Positions 46,750 through 56,756 of a stretch of DNA of 64,000 nt are shown in pieces. The notes beneath the pieces are model-generated. The model saw only the letters and a list, made by a program, of their open reading frames with translations. It did no database searches and was not told the origin of the DNA. The first letter of the stretch is position 1. Every line of letters begins with the position of its first letter. The translations under genes and the position numbers were made by a program. This DNA is from Eubacteriales bacterium (GTDB taxonomy: Bacteria; Bacillota; Clostridia; Christensenellales; UBA1242). The stretch covers positions 46,117 through 110,116 of the forward strand of contig JAHAXB010000031.1 of assembly GCA_018384735.1 (NCBI GenBank). Reading direction: 5' to 3'.

Positions 46750-47460
46750 GTGCATCTGAAAATTCAATGTGAGTATGTCGGAACTAAGTTTGCGGGCTTC
46801 CAGACCCAAAAAGGGCAACGCACCGTGCAAGCTGAATTGGAAAAAGCCATTTCGCATTATTTTGCGACGCCGGTTAAAGTGGTGGGCAGTGGGCGTACCG
46901 ATGCTGGTGTCCACGCGGTTGGACAAATTGTTTCCTGTTTATGTCCGCGTGAAGATGTGAAAATTTACCAATTTTTGTTGGGTGTGAACAGTTACTTACC
47001 GTCCGATATCTCGGTGACCGCAGCAGAAATCTTGCCCAAGTTCAACGCACGCAGTGACGCCAAAGCCAAAACTTACATCTATAAATGTTACATTTCGCCG
47101 ACCCGTCATCCTGCCCGCGACCTTGACCATTGGCAACTTTACAAGCCGGTCGATGTGGAACGCTTACGCGCGCAAGCGGCGGTTTTGGTGGGACAACACG
47201 ACTTTACGGCGTTCTGTGCCGAAGTGGGGGACAAAAGTCCCATCCGGACGATTTATAGTTTAGACATTCAAACTCCGCAGCCGGATGAAATTTGGTTCGT
47301 CATTCGGGGCAATGGCTTCTTACATAATATGGTGCGCATTATTGTTGGAACTTTAATTGATGGGCGCGCAATCGCCCCGGTGTTAAATTCACGTGACCGT
47401 CGCCAAGCGGGCAAGACCGCGCCTGCCAAAGGTCTTACCTTATATAATGTCGAATATTAA
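46750..47460 (+). CDS. truA: tRNA pseudouridine(38-40) synthase
   Basis: Catalytic motif GSGRTDAGVHA. GTG start 3 nt after the mnmA stop. Confidence 0.88.
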   Translation: MHLKIQCEYVGTKFAGFQTQKGQRTVQAELEKAISHYFATPVKVVGSGRTDAGVHAVGQIVSCLCPREDVKIYQFLLGVNSYLPSDISVTAAEILPKFNARSDAKAKTYIYKCYISPTRHPARDLDHWQLYKPVDVERLRAQAAVLVGQHDFTAFCAEVGDKSPIRTIYSLDIQTPQPDEIWFVIRGNGFLHNMVRIIVGTLIDGRAIAPVLNSRDRRQAGKTAPAKGLTLYNVEY

Positions 47461-47501
47461 CGGTTGAAGTTTTTGGTCGTTTGTGATATATAATGAGTTA
47501 T

Positions 47502-47523
47502 CGGGGCGTAGCGTAGTGGTATC
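47502..47523 (+). pseudogene. Truncated 5' fragment of tRNA-Pro (positions 1-23 only)
   Basis: The 22-nt sequence CGGGGCGTAGCGTAGTGGTATC is identical to the 5' end of the intact tRNA-Pro 66 nt downstream. No T-arm or acceptor 3' strand follows. TATAAT (47489-47494) lies 7 nt upstream. Confidence 0.7.
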
Positions 47524-47567
47524 TGCCAACTGGTCGTCAGATACCGTGAAACAATGTCGCGTAATGC

Positions 47568-47642
47568 CGGGGCGTAGCGTAGTGGTATCGCGCAAGTCTG
47601 GGGGACTTGAGGTCGTGGGTTCAATTCCCGCCGCTCCGACCA
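47568..47642 (+). tRNA. tRNA-Pro, anticodon GGG (CCA encoded)
   Basis: CGGGGCG TA GCGT AGTGGTA TCGC G CAAGT CTGGGGG ACTTG AGGTC GTGGG TTCAATT CCCGC CGCTCCG A CCA. Confidence 0.88.
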
Positions 47643-47684
47643 AGAAAATTTATTTTGCGTCTGTGCATAATAATGGTAGTGGTA

Positions 47685-48551
47685 ATGCACGTTAATCGGC
47701 AAAATTTTTGGCTGACGGTCAGTAACTTAGTTTTGGGTGGTTTGGGCTTGACCGCCTTGTTGTGTTACTTTGGCTCCGCGGCTTTGGGTTTGCAAATTAC
47801 TTTTTATGTTTGCGTGGTTGGATTTAGTTTAGGCTCCACGCTGTTTTTAATTTTGGGCAAACAAAGTTGGGGACGTAGTTTATTTGTCTTAAACGTTTTA
47901 ACCTTGGTGATCATCGGCGGTTTGTGCATTTTACATTGGTGCGGGTTATTGGACGATTTCAGCAGTTTGGAACAATTAAAACAGTTAATTCGTAACAGTG
48001 GCCCGTGGGGGTATTTGGTTTACATCGTCCTGCAGTTTTTGAATGTGGTTTTGTTACCTTTGCCGGGCTTTTTGTTTATGTTGGCGGCGTTAAGTATCTT
48101 TGGCGTGTGGCCGACTTTTGTGGTGACCTTGCTGGTAACTTGGGTGGGTTCCATAATTTGTTTTTGGTTCGGGCGCACCTGTGGCAACAAAGCGGTGGTC
48201 TGGTGTATCGGAGCAGAAACCGCGGAGCATTACCAAAAATTATTGGGTACCAAAGGCAACCTCTTGTTTTTAATCATGCAAATTTTGCCGTTTTTCCCTG
48301 ATGATATGTTGTGTATGATTGCCGGACTAAGCAAAATGAAGTTTTCATTCTTCCTGCTAACGATGTTGATTGCCAAGCCCTTGTATTTTGCTACGGTGTG
48401 TTTCTTCGGTTTAATTCCGTTTACGGGGTGGGGGATTCCTGTGTGGATTGCGCTTTGTTTAGTTTTGGGCGGTGGATTCTTATTATTTTGTAAGTATCAA
48501 ACGGCGATTGAAAATTGGTTCGCACGGTTGGTGCATAAAACAAAAAAATGA
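47685..48551 (+). CDS. TVP38/TMEM64 (DedA-related) family membrane protein
   Basis: Multi-TM protein with VLLPLPGFLFMLAALSIFG and FFPDDMLCMIAGLSKM segments typical of the family. Start set at MHVNRQNFW. Confidence 0.65.
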   Translation: MHVNRQNFWLTVSNLVLGGLGLTALLCYFGSAALGLQITFYVCVVGFSLGSTLFLILGKQSWGRSLFVLNVLTLVIIGGLCILHWCGLLDDFSSLEQLKQLIRNSGPWGYLVYIVLQFLNVVLLPLPGFLFMLAALSIFGVWPTFVVTLLVTWVGSIICFWFGRTCGNKAVVWCIGAETAEHYQKLLGTKGNLLFLIMQILPFFPDDMLCMIAGLSKMKFSFFLLTMLIAKPLYFATVCFFGLIPFTGWGIPVWIALCLVLGGGFLLFCKYQTAIENWFARLVHKTKK

Positions 48552-48690
48552 CCGGGTGGTCATTTCTGCTTAGATGGATTTGTCTGTTTCGTTGTGTTTT
48601 TCATTGTGATAACGATTCGCGATTAGATATTTGTCGGTTAGTTTACCCGCGAAATTTACCCTTGCGGATTTTAACGAATGATTTTATACT

Positions 48691-49599
48691 ATGGCACTTA
48701 TGGAAAAGTTTTGGGATGTTGTCGTAGATACCATGTTGGATGCGTTAAAAGTTCTTCCCATTTTGTTGGTGGCGTACTTCTTGATTGAGTTCATCGAATA
48801 TAAATGGGCGAACAAGTTACAAAACAACCACTTCTTGCGCGGTAAAGCCAGTCCGGTCTTGGCGGCGTTGGTAGGGTCGGTACCACAGTGTGGTTTTTCC
48901 GTGGTGGCATCTGATTTGTTCGCCCAAGGTATCATTCCGATTGGTGCTTTATTGTCGGTCTTTATCGCGACCAGTGACGAAGCCTTACCGTTAATGCTCA
49001 GTCACCCACAAAAATGGTTATCAATTTTGGTTTTGGTCTTGTCCAAGATTGTGATTGCGATTGTGGTGGGGTACCTAGCTAACGCTATGTTCCGTTTGTT
49101 GCACCGTCGCAAGGTCGTGGCACAACCCAAAGTGGTCGAGCATGACCACGCGGAGCAAACCATCAGCATTCACGACGGTTGCTGCCACCACCATTTGGAT
49201 ACCAAGCGTTTTGATTGGAAACACCCGTTGTTGCATAGTTTGAAGATTTGGGCATTCATTATTGCCATTGGCTTGTTGTTTGGTTGTGTTACCAAAATTT
49301 GGATTGGCGAAGACCGTATGGCGGATTTTTTAACCAGTAGTTATTGGTTGCAACCTGTCTTGGCAGCGGTGGTGGGCTTAATCCCGAATTGCGCCGCCAG
49401 CGTAGTTTTGACCGAACTTTATTTGATGGGCGGTTTACGCTTTGGGGCTTTACTCGGTGGTTTGTGTGTGAACGCCGGTTTAGGTTTAATCTTTTTATTA
49501 AAACAAAAAGGCATTTGGCGTGAAAAGTTGTTTGTTTTCGCTTGGCTCATTAGCGTCAGTATTTTGGTTGGTTACGGTTGCTTGTGGATTAACCTTTAA
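48691..49599 (+). CDS. Polytopic permease, possibly ArsP_2/DUF2899-type metal exporter (tentative)
   Basis: Two repeated halves carrying PQCGFSVVASDLF and PNCAASVVLTELY. His-rich loop HDHAEQTISIHDGCCHHH. An alternative start exists at 48700. Confidence 0.55.
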   Translation: MALMEKFWDVVVDTMLDALKVLPILLVAYFLIEFIEYKWANKLQNNHFLRGKASPVLAALVGSVPQCGFSVVASDLFAQGIIPIGALLSVFIATSDEALPLMLSHPQKWLSILVLVLSKIVIAIVVGYLANAMFRLLHRRKVVAQPKVVEHDHAEQTISIHDGCCHHHLDTKRFDWKHPLLHSLKIWAFIIAIGLLFGCVTKIWIGEDRMADFLTSSYWLQPVLAAVVGLIPNCAASVVLTELYLMGGLRFGALLGGLCVNAGLGLIFLLKQKGIWREKLFVFAWLISVSILVGYGCLWINL

Positions 49600-50381
49600 T
49601 TTTGTTCGGCTAAAGCGGACTTGTTAAATTTATTCAAATAACGTTGATAAAGTTTGCTGGTCACAAAATAAGTTAAATAGGAAACACCGGCAATGCTGCC
49701 AATACCAAAACCAAGTAGTAAAATGTCGTAGGCAAATTGTCCGGCTTTTAAACGGAAATGGTCCAGCGCGGCCAAACTGGAATATAACACATCGGTGTAG
49801 TTAGTGTGGAAAGTGAACGCGCCAGCAATCACAACAAAATAAAAACAGGTATAAAGTACTGTGCATTTTTTAATGTGTTGGCGGTCAGGTTGGTAAATGT
49901 TTAACAACAACATATAAATCCAATAGGCCACCATGCCCATGTGGTAAAAGAAAGTGTGGAAGTGGTCGAAACTGTCCCACACGCTGTGCGCAGCGTCATG
50001 TAAAATCAAGCGTGGTGCTGCAAACAAAAGCACGCTGACCATAAACCCGCCGGTAAGGCTGCAAAAGTACATTAACTGACGAATTTTACCGCGGGTGAAC
50101 AAAGCCACGCCGTACCAAACCAAAAAGAAACTGCAAAAGTGCAAAGGTAAAAGCCACGGGTGCCAGTTGCGCATGTAAATGTGGTAGGACTGCTTGATAA
50201 CTTCCAAAATCAATAACGAAGCCCCAATCACGTGTAAAGGAATTTGACGCACGGCTAAGGATTGCTTACCCAAGACAAATTTCAAAATTACGCCCACTGT
50301 CAAAACGATAAAGAGCGCAATGAACATGGTAAAAAATTCTGCTTGTGTGTATCCCATAGTTCTACTTATGTAGTATAGCAA
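49596..50381 (-). CDS. Polytopic integral membrane protein, function unknown
   Basis: 261-aa ORF with about 7 TM helices. Convergent 4-nt overlap with the previous gene. Confidence 0.6.
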   Translation of the reverse strand: MLYYISRTMGYTQAEFFTMFIALFIVLTVGVILKFVLGKQSLAVRQIPLHVIGASLLILEVIKQSYHIYMRNWHPWLLPLHFCSFFLVWYGVALFTRGKIRQLMYFCSLTGGFMVSVLLFAAPRLILHDAAHSVWDSFDHFHTFFYHMGMVAYWIYMLLLNIYQPDRQHIKKCTVLYTCFYFVVIAGAFTFHTNYTDVLYSSLAALDHFRLKAGQFAYDILLLGFGIGSIAGVSYLTYFVTSKLYQRYLNKFNKSALAEQN

Positions 50382-50410
50382 TTTTCCGTGTTTTTAGCAA
50401 GTTAGTAACA

Positions 50411-51127
50411 TTATTTTTCGCTGGTACCGATGACATTGCCGTCATGGCTGATCACCACGAAATAACGGTTGCCGTTTTCGGTCACGAAAGACACGAACCA
50501 GTACGGGGTGTTGATAGTCGTGCTATCGCATAAAATTTTGGTGGAACTTTCCATGCGGGTTTCGGTTGATAAAACTCCGCTCAAAGTTTGGCAGGCAATT
50601 TCCAAAGCGGTTTCCCAAGTGATGGCTTCCGCGGGCATAACATTTTCCAAAGCCACGGTACCAATGGTTTCGCCGTTAGCTTGGAAGGTAACGCTGACGT
50701 TAGCATTGGCGTCTAAACTGTTTTGTAAATCGGCAGCGTAGTTGTTGCCGTAGGGGTTCTTTTCCAAAACCAAGGTTACCGGTTCTTGGTCGTCAACCTT
50801 AATCAAGGTTGTGATGCATCCGTTGTAAACAATTTTGTCGTTGCTTGGTTCAACCGATAATACCGTGAATGGTACGGTGGCGGTGGCAATGCCATCCGCG
50901 TTAAACTCGGTTTCGCGGATTCCGCTGTACAGTTGCACCTTGCCAATCGCGTTGTCCGCGCTGGTAGTTTTCAAATAAAAGCGTGCTTCGGCGATGTTTT
51001 CCAACGCCATTTGGTAAGTATCACTGCGTTTGAAGTGGAGTACACCCACAATCGTGACAATGGCAGCCACCACAACAATGCCGGCGGCAATCCAGAATTT
51101 TTTGTTCAAAAATTTTTTCAGTTTCAT
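50411..51127 (-). CDS. Membrane-anchored extracytoplasmic protein with a PepSY-like C-terminus (tentative)
   Basis: N-terminal TM. C-terminal sequence YWFVSFVTENGNRYFVVISHDGNVIG. Confidence 0.55.
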   Translation of the reverse strand: MKLKKFLNKKFWIAAGIVVVAAIVTIVGVLHFKRSDTYQMALENIAEARFYLKTTSADNAIGKVQLYSGIRETEFNADGIATATVPFTVLSVEPSNDKIVYNGCITTLIKVDDQEPVTLVLEKNPYGNNYAADLQNSLDANANVSVTFQANGETIGTVALENVMPAEAITWETALEIACQTLSGVLSTETRMESSTKILCDSTTINTPYWFVSFVTENGNRYFVVISHDGNVIGTSEK

Positions 51128-51169
51128 AGCCCATATCTATGAACCAAAAATTGAAATATGCAAATTTTG

Positions 51170-51715
51170 TCAAATCACTGCTTTGGCGTCTTTATAATAA
51201 ATCAATTTAATTTTCAAGGCCTTGGAACCACACTTAATGGTTAAGTAACCGCTGGGACGGTCTTGGTCGGTGTGACCATCGCCAATGTATTCAGGGATAT
51301 CGACATCGGTTCGAATGTGTAACCAAAACAAACCGGGGTAGTAGGTTTGGTTGTCGGCAAATGTCGTAGTGTTACTTTTGTCGCGCACTTCCACGAATTG
51401 TTGCGCATTTTCATCTAAGTCGAAAATAATCGGGTTGGCTAAGGCGCGGTCAGTCGGGGTACCGGTAGTAATGCGGAAGCATTGGTCTTGTGAAATAATA
51501 CATTCGGTTTTGTTGCTATTAAGGTTGGACAAGAAATCCAGGTTTAACGAGTTTGGGGTCACGGCCTTGGTTAAGGTACTACGCAATAAGAATCCACCAA
51601 TCAATAACAAAATACCCAAAACCAAAATGACACCAAAAATAATTTTGTACTTCTTGGTTTTGGAAGCCGTAATGAAATCGAACTTGGGCTTATCGCCCGT
51701 TGCATTTTTCCCCAT
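51170..51715 (-). CDS. Membrane-anchored extracytoplasmic protein, function unknown
   Basis: N-terminal TM IIFGVILVLGILLLIGGFLL. 181 aa. Confidence 0.55.
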   Translation of the reverse strand: MGKNATGDKPKFDFITASKTKKYKIIFGVILVLGILLLIGGFLLRSTLTKAVTPNSLNLDFLSNLNSNKTECIISQDQCFRITTGTPTDRALANPIIFDLDENAQQFVEVRDKSNTTTFADNQTYYPGLFWLHIRTDVDIPEYIGDGHTDQDRPSGYLTIKCGSKALKIKLIYYKDAKAVI

Positions 51716-51771
51716 AAATTCATCAATAGTATGCGGCTAATTTCAAATTTTAGCAAATACAAATATAAAAG

Positions 51772-53145
51772 ATGAAAGTTTCCCGTACGGATAAATTATT
51801 TTATGGCGTGGGCGCGTTTGGCTACGGTAGCGTTAACCAAACGTTAAATAACTTTCTCATGTTCTTTGGTACTGGCGTGTTGGGACTGTCCGGCACACTG
51901 ATGGGTTTAGCCATCGCCATTTCTACGGTTTGGGACGCGGTGACCGACCCGCTGGTGGGTGCTATGTCGGACAATTTCCGCGGACGGTTGGGCAAGCGTC
52001 ACACTTTCATGTTGGTGGGTTGTGTGATGGTAGCCGTGATTAACTTAATGATTTGGCACATTAACCCCGCGTGGGGCGAAACGCGCAAGTTCCTCACTTT
52101 ATTGATTGGTTTACTCTTGATTGAAACTTTCAACACAGTTTACTCCACACCGTACAGCGCGTTGGGCTTTGACATGTGTCAAACCTACCACGAGCGCACC
52201 AGTATCCAAAGTTACAAAACCGTATTCCAATCCGCCGCTTTGTTGGTACCCTCGGTGTTAATGGCGCTGGTCTTAAATCCGAAAGCCGTGGCTACCATGC
52301 ACACAGCCAGCAGCGGTTATCATGTCATCGCCACCATCACCAGTACCTTGTGTATCATTACCGCGTTAATCACTATTTTGGGTACTTTTCGTTACCGTTT
52401 GACGGGTAACATTGCTACGGCGCAGCCCGCCCGAAAAGTTTCCTTCCTGAAAGAATTTTTCGCCATCTTGGACGAACGCAATCGAGTTTGTTTGATTACG
52501 GCTTATGCGGTGGCGTTATCGTGCAGTGCTTTTTTAACCACCTTGGGCATGCACGTGTTTACCTATACTTTTCATTTTACCACCTGGCAAATTTCTTTGG
52601 TGTTGGGGTGCTTGGTGGCGGGTGTCATTGGCGGACAACCATTATGGTGTCGTGTAAGTGCGCATTTCGGCAAAAAACGTACGGTACAAACTGCCTTGTG
52701 GGTTGTGTTATGTGGTGTGGTAATTTTTGCGGGTTTATTGACCATGCGGATTTATTTACCCCGTGCGGCAACCTTGTTAATCTTAGCGTGCGACATCTGC
52801 TTGATTGCAGTCGGGGTTGGTTGTATTTATTCGCTGCCCATCAGTATGTTTGCCGACAACATTCAATTAGACAACACCGCCATGGCGACGGGTTTTTTAA
52901 CTTTTTGTACCAAATGCACCAACGCGATCGTAACTTTCATCGTGGGGTTGTTGCTCGACTTAATTGGTTTTCAAAGTGGGGTTGCTACCCAAACTTGGCA
53001 GGTCAGCACCGCGCTGGGTTGGTTGTTGGTGGGCGGTGTAACTGTTGCCGGTTTGGGCGCATGGTTCTTGTTCGGGAAATATCAAGACAAAGCGGCGACA
53101 AGTGTGGTATCTTATCGTGATGAACCAATCCAAGCCGTTCGTTAA
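51772..53145 (+). CDS. MFS transporter, glycoside-pentoside-hexuronide (GPH) cation-symporter family
   Basis: 12 TM helices. GPH signature WDAVTDPLVGAMSDNFRGRLGKRH. Confidence 0.75.
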   Translation: MKVSRTDKLFYGVGAFGYGSVNQTLNNFLMFFGTGVLGLSGTLMGLAIAISTVWDAVTDPLVGAMSDNFRGRLGKRHTFMLVGCVMVAVINLMIWHINPAWGETRKFLTLLIGLLLIETFNTVYSTPYSALGFDMCQTYHERTSIQSYKTVFQSAALLVPSVLMALVLNPKAVATMHTASSGYHVIATITSTLCIITALITILGTFRYRLTGNIATAQPARKVSFLKEFFAILDERNRVCLITAYAVALSCSAFLTTLGMHVFTYTFHFTTWQISLVLGCLVAGVIGGQPLWCRVSAHFGKKRTVQTALWVVLCGVVIFAGLLTMRIYLPRAATLLILACDICLIAVGVGCIYSLPISMFADNIQLDNTAMATGFLTFCTKCTNAIVTFIVGLLLDLIGFQSGVATQTWQVSTALGWLLVGGVTVAGLGAWFLFGKYQDKAATSVVSYRDEPIQAVR

Positions 53146-53983
53146 GATAATTCCGGCACCGTTAGCGGGCTGGACGGATTATGCTATGCGGGCGGTCTTG
53201 GCGGACTGTGGCGCGCGTGAAGTTTGGACCGAGATGATTAACGCCACCGCTTTGGTGCGCGATAATGCCAAAACCATTGCCATGCTAAAACCAGTTACCA
53301 AAGCCGGTGTGCGACAAGTGGTGCAACTGTTTGGTCGTGAGCCGGCGGATTTTGTGACCGTAATCAATTCGGGGATGTTCAAAGATTACGCCGAAGTTAA
53401 TTTGAACATGGGTTGTCCCGCACCTAAGATTATTAAGAACCATTGTGGTTGTGATTTGATGCGCCACCTTGATGATGCGCGTCATCTAATTGAATTATGT
53501 CGTACTGCCACCAAACAAAGTGGGCAAGCGTTAAGCGTGAAAATGCGTTTGGGTTGGGACCATGACATTGCGGTGGAGTTTGCGCAAATGTGTGAACGCG
53601 CGGGCGTGGACCGTTTGATTATCCATGGTCGCTTAGGTGTGGATGGTTACCGTGGCACGGCGGATTATGCGGCAATCGCACGGGTTAAAGCGGCGGTCAG
53701 CATTCCAGTGTTCGCCAACGGCGATGTACGCGATAAAACCAGTTACGAAAAATGTTTATTGGCAACCCATGCCGATGGCGTAATGGTGGGGCGGGCTTTG
53801 TGTGGCGCGCCGTGGAAAATTAACTTGGACGACCAAGTGCCAACCTATGCACGCATGGTGGAACTTATGCAAATGCAAAAACGTTTACACAATGGTAACC
53901 CGAGCGACTTGATTAAACATTGGCTATCCTACCAAAAACAGTTGAAAAAATATTATCCCAACCAACCAGTACCCAGTTTATAA
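53120..53983 (+). CDS. dus: tRNA-dihydrouridine synthase
   Basis: Motifs PAPLAGWTDYAMR, VNLNMGCPAPKI and IHGR. Start overlaps the end of the MFS gene. Confidence 0.85.
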   Translation: MNQSKPFVKIIPAPLAGWTDYAMRAVLADCGAREVWTEMINATALVRDNAKTIAMLKPVTKAGVRQVVQLFGREPADFVTVINSGMFKDYAEVNLNMGCPAPKIIKNHCGCDLMRHLDDARHLIELCRTATKQSGQALSVKMRLGWDHDIAVEFAQMCERAGVDRLIIHGRLGVDGYRGTADYAAIARVKAAVSIPVFANGDVRDKTSYEKCLLATHADGVMVGRALCGAPWKINLDDQVPTYARMVELMQMQKRLHNGNPSDLIKHWLSYQKQLKKYYPNQPVPSL

Positions 53984-55234
53984 AACTTCTGTGGTTAGTG
54001 TTGGTTGTGCTTCGTGCTGGCGTAAGGTGTAACGGTTGGGCACGGCTTGGTAAGTGTTGTGGCGTAACAGTTTACGCGACAGACGGCGACCACCTTGGTA
54101 AGTTTCAATGTAGGTATCCACAACATGACCTTGCGTACCAGTTTTAACCAAAATTTTGTCGTAGCGTTCGGGATGAGTTTTGAAGTCCTTGATGGTGCTG
54201 GCGGGTAAGTCTTCCACCCACTTATCTTTGGGTTCCAAAGTCTTTATCACCGCGGTGTCCAAGCGGTAAGTAATGTTCGGGCCTTTATCACGACCATAAA
54301 CGGTCACACTTAAATGGTGGTTGTGGAAACTGGTTTCAAAATAAACGGGCGCACCGGTGTTGTTGATGAAGCGTAAATCCGCGGCTCCCGACACCATGGC
54401 ATCTTGACCCAATGGAATGTAACTGGAACGCAAACTGTGATGGTGTGATTCGGTGATTTGCAAACCGGCTTGTACCACGGCATTAAAAATGGTTGTGCTA
54501 ACTTGGCATACGCCACCGCCTACGCCGTCCACGTATTCGCCGTTGACAATGATTTTGGCTTCACGGAAACCCGTAGCAGTGGAGCGGCGACCAACGACTT
54601 GGTTAAAGGAAACTTGCTCACCGGGGTTGACGCGCAGACCGTTGAACTTACCTAGTGCCAACGCAATGTTGTTTTCGCGGTCAGGGTTATCCGTGCAGTC
54701 CGTCCCAAAATGACTGCGTTGTTTGATGGTGTTTAAAATTTGGGCGGGCGGGGTCGGTTCTACGGTGTGATAAGCCGCTTTCACTACGGGATATTGGTTA
54801 CCGCGCAAGGCGTCCAAAATGTCGGCATAAAGTTGTTCCCGATCAATCACGCGTCCCGCCTTTTGTCCACGTACCGTAAAACGCGGTGTTTGGTGTGGGT
54901 GAAAATCAATTTGTCCGTTGAAAGCGGCGACTTCGTATTGAGGAGCAATGCGCTCAATATATTGCACAATGTCGGGAAAGGTACCCGCGAAAGTGTCGGT
55001 TTCCGTCATGCTGGTGGCACGCGAAAATAAACTTTTCCCTTGGGTTAAAGTTTGGCGGTCATCGTAGTTATACCAACCGCCTTGTAAAATCGATTCGGAC
55101 AAAACCACTTGTTCCGTTCCGAAGTTGATGGTCAAAACGGTGGGCGCCCCCGCTTTGGGAAGTGACCACGCCCCGCAAAAACTGACCACGAAGCCCAGCA
55201 CTAAGCCCCATACCCAAAATCTTTTGTTACGCAT
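53978..55234 (-). CDS. VanW-family protein
   Basis: N-terminal TM. VanW-domain motif GGGVCQVSTTIFNAV. Confidence 0.7.
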   Translation of the reverse strand: MRNKRFWVWGLVLGFVVSFCGAWSLPKAGAPTVLTINFGTEQVVLSESILQGGWYNYDDRQTLTQGKSLFSRATSMTETDTFAGTFPDIVQYIERIAPQYEVAAFNGQIDFHPHQTPRFTVRGQKAGRVIDREQLYADILDALRGNQYPVVKAAYHTVEPTPPAQILNTIKQRSHFGTDCTDNPDRENNIALALGKFNGLRVNPGEQVSFNQVVGRRSTATGFREAKIIVNGEYVDGVGGGVCQVSTTIFNAVVQAGLQITESHHHSLRSSYIPLGQDAMVSGAADLRFINNTGAPVYFETSFHNHHLSVTVYGRDKGPNITYRLDTAVIKTLEPKDKWVEDLPASTIKDFKTHPERYDKILVKTGTQGHVVDTYIETYQGGRRLSRKLLRHNTYQAVPNRYTLRQHEAQPTLTTEVL

Positions 55235-55358
55235 TGTCTTTATTTTGTGTAAAGCCCTTTACAAATATGAATGATTGCGTTATATTATCTACATTAACGC
55301 GGGAGATGTGTAACAAAGTTACGCAGTCGTTGGTACCGCTTAAAAGGAAAATTGAAAA

Positions 55359-55787
55359 ATGGCAGACAAACCAATTAAGGCAGTTGTCAAGTTACAATTG
55401 CAAGCCGGTGCTGCAACTCCGGCTCCACCCGTAGGTACCATTTTGGGTCCACACGGGATTAACTTACCGGGCTTTGTTAAACAATTTAACGATGCCACCG
55501 CTAAGGACAAAGGCTTGGTCATTCCAGTTGTTGTTACCATCTATGGTGACCGCTCGTTTGACTTCGTCTTGAAAACTCCGCCAGCAGCAGTCTTGATTAA
55601 ACAAGTATTGGGATTGCAAAGCGGCAGCAAACGTCCAAACACTGAAAAAGTCGGCAAATTAACCAAAGAACAAGTTCGTAAAATCGCGGAACAAAAAATG
55701 CCCGATTTGAATGTTGCTTCCATGGAAGCAGCTGAACGCTTGGTTAAAGGTAGCGCACGCAGCATGGGCGTGACCGTGGAGGAATAA
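55359..55787 (+). CDS. rplK: 50S ribosomal protein L11
   Basis: Sequence [34 protein letters not shown]. Confidence 0.96.
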   Translation: MADKPIKAVVKLQLQAGAATPAPPVGTILGPHGINLPGFVKQFNDATAKDKGLVIPVVVTIYGDRSFDFVLKTPPAAVLIKQVLGLQSGSKRPNTEKVGKLTKEQVRKIAEQKMPDLNVASMEAAERLVKGSARSMGVTVEE

Positions 55788-55790
55788 GCG

Positions 55791-56474
55791 ATGAAACACA
55801 GTAAGAGTTATAACAAAGTTTTGGAAGAAACCAAGAGCGTACACGCTTTGCCAATTAACGAAGCGTTGGACTTGGTTGCAAAAACCAAACGCGTCAAATT
55901 TGACGAAACCATCGAAGTACACATCAATTTGGGTGTTGATGGTAAACAAGCAGACCAACAAGTTCGTGGTACGGTAGTTTTGCCACACGGAACTGGTCGC
56001 AGTCAAAAAATCTTGGTCTTGGCCAAAGGCGACAAAGCCGCCGAAGCGGAAAAGGCCGGCGCTGATTTTGTTGGCGCAGAAGATATGATTGCCAAAATCA
56101 ATGGTGGATGGTTGGGCTTTGATGTCTGTATCACCACACCGGATATGATGGGTATGGTTGGTCGTATCGCCCGTGTTTTGGGTCCTAAGGGCTTAATGCC
56201 AAACCCGAAGAGCGGTACCGTTACCATGGACATCAAAAAAGCCGTAGCAGATGCCAAAGGTGGTAAAGTTGAATACCGTTTGGATAAAGCGAACATCGTT
56301 CACTGTATCTTGGGTAAAATGTCTTTCGGCACCAAGAAATTGGCAGAAAACTATGCCGTCTTATTGGACGCGATTGTTAAAGCCAAACCGGCTGCTGCGA
56401 AAGGTATTTATTTGAAACGCATCACCGTTTGTTCATCAATGGGTATTGGCGTTCAAGTTGCCACTCAAATGTAA
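55791..56474 (+). CDS. rplA: 50S ribosomal protein L1
   Basis: Motifs [24 protein letters not shown] and [15 protein letters not shown]. Confidence 0.96.
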   Translation: MKHSKSYNKVLEETKSVHALPINEALDLVAKTKRVKFDETIEVHINLGVDGKQADQQVRGTVVLPHGTGRSQKILVLAKGDKAAEAEKAGADFVGAEDMIAKINGGWLGFDVCITTPDMMGMVGRIARVLGPKGLMPNPKSGTVTMDIKKAVADAKGGKVEYRLDKANIVHCILGKMSFGTKKLAENYAVLLDAIVKAKPAAAKGIYLKRITVCSSMGIGVQVATQM

Positions 56475-56495
56475 TTACGCACTTGTCAGTAATTA

Positions 56496-56528
56496 ACAAA
56501 AACACGGGTTTAGCGCCCGTGTTTTTTA
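56496..56528. terminator. Rho-independent terminator after rplA (bidirectional shape)
   Basis: AAAAACACGGG-tttagcg-CCCGTGTTTTTT. Confidence 0.8.
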
Positions 56529-56545
56529 TTATCCAATTTTTTGTC

Positions 56546-56728
56546 TTAAAGGTGTTTATACCAAGCGTTATAGATTTCTAACTGTGCGGCAATAACATCT
56601 TCGACTGAACTTTCCGTGGTCAGTTCGTAATAAATGTCGGCGGTTTCGGTAATTGCATCGAAATCTACAATATAGTATTTGTATTTGTTATAAAGCGGAG
56701 TGTTCTTTACATATTTTTTGTTCGACAA
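56546..56728 (-). CDS. Small acidic hypothetical protein (60 aa)
   Basis: Supported only by an ORF of plausible composition lying between a terminator and a divergent promoter. Confidence 0.3.
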   Translation of the reverse strand: MSNKKYVKNTPLYNKYKYYIVDFDAITETADIYYELTTESSVEDVIAAQLEIYNAWYKHL

Positions 56729-56756
56729 GTTGGGGGTGATATGTCATCATGAAAAC

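Noticed and set aside
55235-55358. Ribosomal-protein L1 autoregulatory leader upstream of rplK.
   Set aside because: A promoter (TTACAA-17-TATATT) and a ~70-nt leader containing GGGAGATGTG are present. I cannot verify an L1-binding rRNA mimic by eye, so a covariance-model search is needed before calling it.
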